Assembly (NCBI GenBank): GCA_944323995.1
Contig: CALUUN010000006.1
Location: 2,807 to 66,806 of the forward strand
From: Candidatus Gastranaerophilales bacterium
GTDB taxonomy: Bacteria; Cyanobacteriota; Vampirovibrionia; Gastranaerophilales; Gastranaerophilaceae
Length of the DNA: 64,000 bases
Direction of reading: 5' to 3'
The translations under genes and the position numbers were made by a program. Shown here piece by piece: positions 1-7,092 of the stretch. The notes beneath the pieces were generated by a model, which was given only the letters and a program-made list of their open reading frames with translations, did no database searches and was not told the DNA's origin. The stretch's first letter is position 1. Each line of letters starts with the position of its first letter.

Positions 1-1169
1 GAGAATAAATCCAGCTTGACCGAATTTACGTAATCTTCGGCGTTTGTCATTTCCTTGTCATATTCAACAAGTTTACGCATCCATGAAAATTGTAAATCGG
101 AGGCGTTGTTTGCCTTTTCCGAACCTTTTTCTTTGTATCTCCAGTGCGCCGCAACCCCGTATTCGGCAATTTCATGCATTTCCCAGGTTCTTATTTGTAC
201 CTCAAGCGGTTTTGAGCGCGGACCGATTACCGATGTGTGAAGCGATTGGTAAAGGTTTCCCTTCGGCATTGCAATGTAATCTTTGAACCGCCCCGGTATA
301 GGTTTAAACTGCGAGTGAATTAATCCCAGAACTTCATAGCATTCTTTTTCGGTGTCGACGATTACCCTGACCGCTGTTATGTCGTACAAATCATGGAAAG
401 CTATGTTCTGACGCTTCATTTTGCAGTAAATACTGTAATAGTGCTTTGCACGACCCGTAATCTGTGCGTTTATTCCGGCGGCTTTTACGTCTTTTGAAAT
501 TTTATCAATAAGCAATTGCACCGTTTGTTCGCGCTCGGCTTTTTTTTGCGAAACAAGCTGCGCAATTTCAAAATACTTGTCAGGTTCTAAGTATCTCAAA
601 GCCAAATCTTCAAGTTCCGCCTTGATTTTACCCATCCCCAGGCGGTTTGCCAGAGGGGCGAAAATATCAAGGGTTTCTCTTGCGATTTTTTTCTGTTTGT
701 TTACCGCCATAAAATTCAATGTCCGCATATTGTGAAGGCGGTCCGCAAGTTTTAAAAATATTATCCTTATGTCGTTTGCCATCGCTATAAACAAACGGCG
801 GAAGTTTTCGGCCTGACGTTCTTCTTTTGATTTGAATTGAAGTTTGCTGAGTTTTGTAACCCCCTGCACAAGAGTTAAGACATCGTCGCCGAAAAGGTTC
901 TTAATTTCTTCGGGTTTTGTGCCGGTGTCCTCAAGAATATCGTGCAAAAATGCCGCAATAAGGGTATGTGTGTCAACTTTTAAATCAACAAGAATTTTTG
1001 CAACTTCAACCGGATGGATTATATAAGGTTCTTCAGAAATCCTGTATTGCCCCTCGTGAAGTTTTTTCGCAAAATGATATGCCTTTTCGATTAGGTTTAT
1101 ATCTTCCTGACTTCTGTTCTGTTCAATTAATTTATGTTTAATTTCTTCAAAAAGTTCTGTGTCGGACAT
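1..1169 (-). CDS. rel: bifunctional (p)ppGpp synthetase/hydrolase, RelA/SpoT family (N-terminal ~389 codons; 3' end beyond window edge)
   Basis: My translation of the minus strand from the ATG (complement of 1167-1169) gives MSDTELFEEIKHKLIEQ... It has the HD hydrolase block HPVEVAKILVDLKVDTHTLIAAFLHDILEDT and the synthetase blocks GRAKHYYSIYCKMKR, DITAVRVIV and RTWEMHEIAEYGVAAHWRYKE. It is missing from the ORF track because it is open at the window edge. Confidence 0.9.
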   Translation of the reverse strand, partial: MSDTELFEEIKHKLIEQNRSQEDINLIEKAYHFAKKLHEGQYRISEEPYIIHPVEVAKILVDLKVDTHTLIAAFLHDILEDTGTKPEEIKNLFGDDVLTLVQGVTKLSKLQFKSKEERQAENFRRLFIAMANDIRIIFLKLADRLHNMRTLNFMAVNKQKKIARETLDIFAPLANRLGMGKIKAELEDLALRYLEPDKYFEIAQLVSQKKAEREQTVQLLIDKISKDVKAAGINAQITGRAKHYYSIYCKMKRQNIAFHDLYDITAVRVIVDTEKECYEVLGLIHSQFKPIPGRFKDYIAMPKGNLYQSLHTSVIGPRSKPLEVQIRTWEMHEIAEYGVAAHWRYKEKGSEKANNASDLQFSWMRKLVEYDKEMTNAEDYVNSVKLDLF

Positions 1170-1242
1170 GGTATAATAATGATACAAATTTTTTGTACTT
1201 TTTTCAAGCAAAATTGAATAATTTCATTCAGAAAGATTACTA

Positions 1243-1530
1243 ATGTTAAAGCATACAAATGACGGAATTTTAATCGGATTAAAAATCAGGCCGAATTCGG
1301 CAAAAAACGAAATTATAAAATCCGACGACGGAATAAAGGTGAAGATTACCGCTCAGCCGGTCGACGGCAAGGCAAATAAGGCGCTTATTGAATTTTTGTC
1401 TAAAGAATTTAAAATCCCTAAAACTTCAGTTGAAATTGTCAAAGGACTTACCGGAAAAGATAAGACGGTGATTTTGAAAGTGTTTGATGAAAATAAGATT
1501 AAGTTTATTAAAGATAAATTGCAAATCTAG
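1243..1530 (+). CDS. DUF167/YggU family protein
   Basis: 95-aa track ORF. The block KVKITAQPVDGKANKALIEFLSKEFKIPKTSVEIVKGLTGKDK matches the conserved YggU/UPF0235 core. Confidence 0.75.
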   Translation: MLKHTNDGILIGLKIRPNSAKNEIIKSDDGIKVKITAQPVDGKANKALIEFLSKEFKIPKTSVEIVKGLTGKDKTVILKVFDENKIKFIKDKLQI

Positions 1531-1579
1531 CAAAAAATATTTTTATAGGATTTAAAATCTACAACAAGGAGTAAAAAAT

Positions 1580-2170
1580 ATGAAGATCTCAACAAATTAT
1601 CAACTAAATTGCGGCTCTGCAAAACAACAGAATTTACAAAAATGCGGCAAACCTGCTTTTCAGGCAAATTTGCTGCCGAAAATTGAAGAAAGTTTGATTA
1701 TGGAAGCGAAAAAATCCGGCATGCTTGCAAAATTAAACGAGTAGTTTAAAAATATAAAAAATTGGGGCAGCCGGAAATCTTTTATAAATCAGGCAATTGA
1801 TTTGGACACCGGCAAAACATCTTTGTGTCTTGAAAATTATCAGGTTTCAAGAAATTATGCCGGAGATCTCGGCGTTGACGAGAATGCGGGTCTTTTAAAA
1901 CAGTTTTTGTCGTTAACCGAAGATAATGTTTTAAAAGCGGAAAAGAACGTTCAGGATTTGGCCTCGCAAAACAAAACAGAAGCTATTATAAAAATAGCGT
2001 CCAATCCCAAATATTTGAAAGAAATTACGGGCGAAGCAAACCCCTCCGACGAAAAACTTGCGGCCGCTATTGAAAATCTTACCGAAGATCAGCTTATTGA
2101 TTACAGATTCGGTCTGAAAGAAAGCCTTTTAGAAAGTTCAAAACTTTTGGATTTCGATATTATTGCGTAA
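1580..2170 (+). pseudogene. lineage-specific hypothetical gene: a single reading frame interrupted by an in-frame TAG at 1742-1744
   Basis: ATG 1580 is preceded by AAGGAG (1566-1571). The frame is open to TAA 2168-2170 apart from the TAG. The downstream track ORF 1802-2170 is in the same frame, contains no Met and has no SD. Confidence 0.5.
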
Positions 2171-2391
2171 GACTTGCTAAATCAAATATCTTATGCTAAA
2201 ATAAAATTCACAAAGGAAAAATAAATGAACAAAGCGTTGATAAAATTGCATCATCATTTACATAGCACCCTCGGGTAGGCTATGGAATTGATGCGGCGCT
2301 TGAAATAAAATTCAATTCTTTAAAAAATAGCTTCCCGGGGATTAAAAAGCGAGAAGTTATTTTTTTATCGAATTGGAGGTTCAAAAAATTT

Positions 2392-3813
2392 ATGTCTTTA
2401 GTTAATATAATTTCTGCCATAGGCAACAACAGCAGCATTTATCCTTTAATAGTTCGCGACTGCGGTATAGAAGTCCCGACAAAAATTGCAATGACGTATA
2501 ATCAAAACAAAGAAGACAAACGTATTGCCTGGCTCGGTGCAAGAGAACGCTTTATTGATGAATATTCGGTTTCGGCGGTTTGGCTCGGCGGGATTCCGCT
2601 GATTGACAAAATCGGAAAATCGGCGATTAAAAGAGTCAAAAAATTAGGGCTTAATGCAGATGTCAATATGAAACTTTTTAATAAAGACCCGCTGCAAAAT
2701 ATTGACAAAAATATAAAAGATTTTGCGCAAAAGGCTCCTGATGCGGTTCAGGATTTGATTAACGTAAAACAAAACAGCAAACTGTTTAAAACGTTAATGA
2801 ATACAAAATTCATTGCCTCAATTGCAGTTCCGATTGCGCTGATGGGGTTTGTAATTCCGAAACTTATTTTCGCCTCAACCGCCAAAAAAATGGAAAAATA
2901 TAAAAATGAAAATGAACAGATGAAAAATCTTTCGTTCGGTTCAAAAGATTTTGAGCAGTTTTTAAAGCCCAGAAAAGCAAATATGACCTCATTCCAGGGC
3001 GGTTTGACATCTTTTATCACAAATCTTACAACCGTGCAAAAAATGGCTGTCACCGACGGCGGTTATGCGGCGGGACGTATTATTACGGCAAGAAAAAAGA
3101 ACGAAGCGATTGATCTGGCTTTTAAGTTTTCGGGCATGATGTTTTTGAACTTTGTTGCTCCGCACTGGATAGAAAAGGCGTTCAACTTGATTACGGACGT
3201 AAATCTTGATCCGAAAATGCTTGTAAATAAAAGATTTTTGGCAAGTATAAAAAATAATAATCTTGTCCTTCCAAAGTCAAATTCAGCAAAAGATTTGACC
3301 GAATTTATTGATAACAATCCAAAAGCTCTGTTCACACAGCTTGCCGGCAAATACGGCAAAGTAAAACTTCTGGAAAACGGCGTGAGGGATCCGAGAGCCT
3401 ATGTTGATGTTAAGGAACTTGCAAAATTTAAGAATAATATTGAAAAATTCGCCAAAAATGCAAAAGCCGCAGGCATGAAACCCAAAGCCGCAGGCTTGAA
3501 AGGTCAAAATCTTGATATAATTAAATTTGCGAATAAATCTTTAAGGCTCCGTTCATTGACAATTCTTGCAAATATCGGATTAAGCAGCTTTTTACTTGCA
3601 TACTGCCTGCCAAAAGCCCAGTTCTTATTCCGTGAATGGTATACAGGTTCAAAACTTGAACCCGGGTTAATTGAGCCGGAAAACGTTCAAGCCGCTGAAC
3701 AAGCCGCAGAACAGGAGAAAGTAACACCTGCAGAAACGGTTGAAAATTCAGCTGAGCCGGCAGAAATTTTGCAGGTTGATGAAGAAGTTTTAAACGAAAG
3801 TCAAGCTGCATAG
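2392..3813 (+). CDS. hypothetical multi-pass membrane protein (paralog family with 38387, 39010 and 41425 ORFs)
   Basis: 473-aa track ORF with GGAGG at 2375-2379. Hydrophobic helices include IASIAVPIALMGFVIPKLIF and LTILANIGLSSFLLAYCLP, and the tail is Q/A/E-rich. It shares two sequence blocks with the 41425-43419 protein. Confidence 0.6.
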   Translation: MSLVNIISAIGNNSSIYPLIVRDCGIEVPTKIAMTYNQNKEDKRIAWLGARERFIDEYSVSAVWLGGIPLIDKIGKSAIKRVKKLGLNADVNMKLFNKDPLQNIDKNIKDFAQKAPDAVQDLINVKQNSKLFKTLMNTKFIASIAVPIALMGFVIPKLIFASTAKKMEKYKNENEQMKNLSFGSKDFEQFLKPRKANMTSFQGGLTSFITNLTTVQKMAVTDGGYAAGRIITARKKNEAIDLAFKFSGMMFLNFVAPHWIEKAFNLITDVNLDPKMLVNKRFLASIKNNNLVLPKSNSAKDLTEFIDNNPKALFTQLAGKYGKVKLLENGVRDPRAYVDVKELAKFKNNIEKFAKNAKAAGMKPKAAGLKGQNLDIIKFANKSLRLRSLTILANIGLSSFLLAYCLPKAQFLFREWYTGSKLEPGLIEPENVQAAEQAAEQEKVTPAETVENSAEPAEILQVDEEVLNESQAA

Positions 3814-3845
3814 CAAAAATTATTTTTAGACGGTTTATACAATTT

Positions 3846-4676
3846 GTGAAAATAACCGCCATACAACCCTATAATTTATCTTTTTCTTCAAACTGTAAAT
3901 TTGAAGAGTTTGAGGACGATTATGAAAAACGTCATTTTGCGGATGACTGGGGCGGAAGCAAAGTCCGCGACGCAATAAGGGCGCATTTTTATTCGCAATT
4001 TTTGCCGGACTGTTATTATAACGGTTATACCGTTGTGCCGGGGTATGCACAGAGCCTTGATGATGTTTACATCCCGAATTTGCGCAAAATCGGTCATTTT
4101 TCATATCGGGGTTCATCGCTAGCCAAAAACATCGGATACCTTGATTTGCTGCATAACTCTCAGATAAATACGGTTATTGATCTTGCAGGATTTGATGATT
4201 TGCGGCAGGAGTGTGAAAAAAGAAATATTGAATATTTCCGATATGATATTAAACCCGATTACTGGACTAACGCAATTTTTTACGATAAAGACGAGCTTAT
4301 TGAACGCAAGAAAAACGAGCTGCAGGAAAAAAATTTAAGCGAAAAAGATTATAAAAGAGATATAAACGGTTATGAATGGCGGCTTTTAGAAGAGCGCAGG
4401 CAATTTATGGATGATTTTATCAAACTTGCGGCAGTAATTTCGCACGGTCATTTTTATATAGCATGCGAGCATGGAGAGTACAGAACCTCAAATATTCTGG
4501 CTCTGAACTCGTTTTTTAATCCGTTGAGCCATGTTGATAAAACTTTGCCTACAACCAAATTTATTTTACAGTCGATGAAAAATATGTACAAAAATCTTAC
4601 GGACGAAGAAAAATCAAGGCTCGGATTTAATGACAAGTTTGAAAAAGATTTGAAAGGACAGCTGGAAATATGTTAA
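3846..4676 (+). CDS. putative atypical dual-specificity/tyrosine-phosphatase-like protein (Y_phosphatase2/PFA-DSP-like)
   Basis: 276-aa track ORF with a GTG start. It has the C-x5-R signature ACEHGEYRTS (DNA about 4464-4487) and an upstream block FSYRGSSLAKNIGYLDLLHNSQINTVIDL that resembles the YRS...N..FL..L.IKT(I/V)I.L block of that family. Confidence 0.45.
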   Translation: MKITAIQPYNLSFSSNCKFEEFEDDYEKRHFADDWGGSKVRDAIRAHFYSQFLPDCYYNGYTVVPGYAQSLDDVYIPNLRKIGHFSYRGSSLAKNIGYLDLLHNSQINTVIDLAGFDDLRQECEKRNIEYFRYDIKPDYWTNAIFYDKDELIERKKNELQEKNLSEKDYKRDINGYEWRLLEERRQFMDDFIKLAAVISHGHFYIACEHGEYRTSNILALNSFFNPLSHVDKTLPTTKFILQSMKNMYKNLTDEEKSRLGFNDKFEKDLKGQLEIC

Positions 4677-4684
4677 AAAAAATA

Positions 4685-4707
4685 ACCGCCATAAAGGCGG
4701 TCATTTT
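4685..4707. terminator. bidirectional rho-independent terminator between convergent genes
   Basis: Stem ACCGCC (4685-4690) pairs with GGCGGT (4696-4701). An A-run lies upstream and a T-run (4704-4709) downstream. Confidence 0.6.
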
Positions 4708-5340
4708 TTATGCTAAAGCAAATTCTTGTTCGCTTGAGATAATCCTGTCGGAAAGAATTGAATTTCTTATTTCCCTAAGATCCTGCTGCATAAGTCTTCT
4801 CGGAGAACCTTCCTGCATTGAGTGGTTTCTCAAAAGATAAGACGGATGGAATATAGCCATTGCTCTGTATTCTTTGTTGTTTATATTAACCGTAAACCAG
4901 TTTCCTCTGATTTTGGAAATCTGAACTTTCTGGTCAGCCCAGAAGGATTTGAGGGCTGTTGCGCCGCAGAAAATAATTGCTTTAGGGTTCATAATATCAA
5001 TTTGTGCATGCAGGAATTTTTCGCATGCTGATTTTTCTTCTTCGGTCGGAATTCTGTTTTCCGGCGGTCTGCATTTAACCGTGTTAATGATATAAAGGTC
5101 ATCTTCTCTGGAAATTCCTGCTTCGCTTAAAAATTCATCCAAAAGCTGTCCTGCACGGCCTACAAACGGTCTGCCTTCCATATCTTCCATTTCTCCCGGG
5201 GCTTCGCCTATCAAAACAATACTTGCCGTTTCGGGGTTGCCGTCAGCAAATACAACATTATGGCGGGTTTTTGCAAGAGCGCATGCTTTGCAAGCTCTGC
5301 ATTTAGATTCCACAATGTTCAGGCATTCTTTTTTCATCAT
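4708..5340 (-). CDS. udg: uracil-DNA glycosylase, family 4
   Basis: Motif VLIGEAPGEMEDMEGRPFVGRAGQLLD plus the N-terminal Cys cluster CRACKACAL. I prefer the MMKKE start at 5340, which has GAGGAGAG about 8 nt upstream, over the track start at 5373. Confidence 0.85.
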   Translation of the reverse strand: MMKKECLNIVESKCRACKACALAKTRHNVVFADGNPETASIVLIGEAPGEMEDMEGRPFVGRAGQLLDEFLSEAGISREDDLYIINTVKCRPPENRIPTEEEKSACEKFLHAQIDIMNPKAIIFCGATALKSFWADQKVQISKIRGNWFTVNINNKEYRAMAIFHPSYLLRNHSMQEGSPRRLMQQDLREIRNSILSDRIISSEQEFALA

Positions 5341-6808
5341 CGTTGTTCTCTCCTCTGTTAAATATCGTTCCAATATTATATTTTTGACAATAACGTTTAA
5401 GTTCTTTCATAATTACGTTTGAAAGTAAAAATACCGCAAATAGGTTCGGAACAGCTAAAAATAAAGTAAATGCATCTGATAAATTGATTATACTTTTAAA
5501 ATTCATAGCCGAGCCGACAATTATGAATATACAATATATAACCTGAAAAGTTCTCGTTGTCAATTTAGAATCTCCAAAGAGAAAATTCCAGCTCTTAATT
5601 CCGTAATAAGATCCGCAAAGCATGGTTGATAAAACAAAGCAGCTTGCCATAAAAGTTAATAAAATCGGGAAAAACGGGCAAACGCTTTCAAACGCTTTTG
5701 AAGTCAATTCAATTCCTGCAAGTCCGGTTGACTGCTGATAAACTCCGGACACCACAATAACAAAAGCAGTTGCGGAACCGACGATTACCGTATCAACAAA
5801 CGGTTGAAGCATGGCGATAAAAGCCTGAGCCGCGGGTTTGCTTGTTTTGACTGCGGAAAACGCAATAGGCGCCGTGCCCAGTCCGGCTTCGTTTGCAAAC
5901 ATTGCGCGCCGGAATCCCCAGAGCATGCAGGCGAACATGCCGCCTGTTAAGGCCTGAGGTTTAAAGGCTTCTTTTATTATAAGCATTATTGTGTGCGGAA
6001 TATGTCCTATGTGCATAAGACAAATTATAAAAGCCGAAAATACGTATAAAGTACACATAACAGGAGTTACTTTTGAGGTAAATTTTCCGATGGCTTTAAT
6101 TCCGCCGATAATTGTGACATAAGTGATTACGGCGACAATGAGCCCTAAAAGCCAGCTTCTGCCGTCAAAAAAGCTGCTGCTGCCGCCTGTTACTTCGGTA
6201 ATCTGTGCGGTCATTGCGTTAATCTGGAACAAATTCCAGCCGCCGATCATTGCAAAAATACAGCATACAGCATAGATTTTTGCAAGATAAGGCGCGAAAG
6301 GTTTTATCCAGGGAGCTTTTAAGCCGCCGAGTATGTAATACATGGGGCCTCCGGCAACAGTGCCGTCATTGTTTACTTTTCTGAATTTTATACCGAGGAG
6401 CACTTCGGCAAATTTAAGCGCCATTGAGAAAAACCCCGCCAACACCATCCAGAAGATTACTCCCGGCCCGCCGATTGAAACCGCCGCCGCAGAACCTGCC
6501 ACGTTGCCTATTCCGGCTGAAGCCGATATTGTGGCGGTCAGTGCCTGAAATGATGAAACTTCACCTTTCTTTTTGCGTTTTATTGTATCGTCATGTTTAT
6601 ATTTGTTAAGAATTAAGTTAAGCCCGTGTTTAAATCCCCAGATGCCGATAAAGCGCATTCTGAATGTAAAATAGAACGCCGCAGCCATTAAAAGCGCGAC
6701 AAGAAGCTGAACTTCAACGCCATTAATGTTTACGGAGTAAAATATTATCCCTGAAATCCTGTCGGCAATAGGAGATAACAGGCTGTCAATTGCATTATCC
6801 AAATTCAT
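5303..6808 (-). CDS. alanine/glycine:cation (sodium) symporter, AGCS family
   Basis: 501 aa and multi-pass. Conserved AGCS block GEVSSFQALTATISASAGIGNVAGSAAAVSIGGPGVIFWMVLAGFF. Confidence 0.85.
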   Translation of the reverse strand: MNLDNAIDSLLSPIADRISGIIFYSVNINGVEVQLLVALLMAAAFYFTFRMRFIGIWGFKHGLNLILNKYKHDDTIKRKKKGEVSSFQALTATISASAGIGNVAGSAAAVSIGGPGVIFWMVLAGFFSMALKFAEVLLGIKFRKVNNDGTVAGGPMYYILGGLKAPWIKPFAPYLAKIYAVCCIFAMIGGWNLFQINAMTAQITEVTGGSSSFFDGRSWLLGLIVAVITYVTIIGGIKAIGKFTSKVTPVMCTLYVFSAFIICLMHIGHIPHTIMLIIKEAFKPQALTGGMFACMLWGFRRAMFANEAGLGTAPIAFSAVKTSKPAAQAFIAMLQPFVDTVIVGSATAFVIVVSGVYQQSTGLAGIELTSKAFESVCPFFPILLTFMASCFVLSTMLCGSYYGIKSWNFLFGDSKLTTRTFQVIYCIFIIVGSAMNFKSIINLSDAFTLFLAVPNLFAVFLLSNVIMKELKRYCQKYNIGTIFNRGENNDDEKRMPEHCGI

Positions 6809-6835
6809 TCTTTAATTATACTATAAATAAAACTA

Positions 6836-6864
6836 TTTACAAAAATCAAAAAATCTGCTATATT
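6836..6864 (+). promoter_or_regulatory. sigma-70-type promoter of pilin-like gene copy 1
   Basis: TTTACA (6836-6841), a 17-nt spacer, then TATATT (6859-6864). The same architecture occurs at 25820-25848. Confidence 0.6.
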
Positions 6865-7092
6865 AAAACAGTAGTACGACATAAGAACAACGAAAGGGGC
6901 TAAAAGTATGATGAATAGTGGATTTCAGCCTAAGGGGGTACTTCTTTAAGCTCTCACCGTGCGGGTTTCGGGGTATTTTGGAGTAAAGCGTTAAGCAAAA
7001 GCACCGCAGAGAGTGCATTTGCAGACTCGGTAAATTGCAGCGATTATGCGTCCTGTCATTGCGAGGAGCGAAGCGACGTCGCAATCGCAAGG
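6865..7092 (+). promoter_or_regulatory. long conserved 5' leader (copy 1) with mini-ORF 6908-6949 and a G5 tract
   Basis: 6856-7038 aligns to 25840-26029 with 5 substitutions and one 6-nt indel by my alignment. A palindromic repeat insertion lies at 7039-7102. Confidence 0.55.

Noticed and set aside
2225-2278. 17-codon mini-ORF MNKALIKLHHHLHSTLG with an SD, a possible His-attenuation leader
   Set aside because: It has only four His codons, no convincing terminator/antiterminator pair downstream, and the following gene is a hypothetical membrane protein rather than a his gene.
2502-4116. Numerous 60-115-aa minus-strand track ORFs inside 2392-3813 and 3846-4676
   Set aside because: All are antisense to longer ORFs that have a start context and paralogs elsewhere in the window. 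None has a recognisable motif.
6863-7090. 75-aa minus-strand track ORF (MRLRRRFAPRNDRTHNRCN...), and its counterpart at 25944-26138
   Set aside because: It lies entirely within the conserved leader and its palindromic repeat elements. It has no SD, and its peptide is the kind produced by translating hairpin repeats. I treat it as non-coding.
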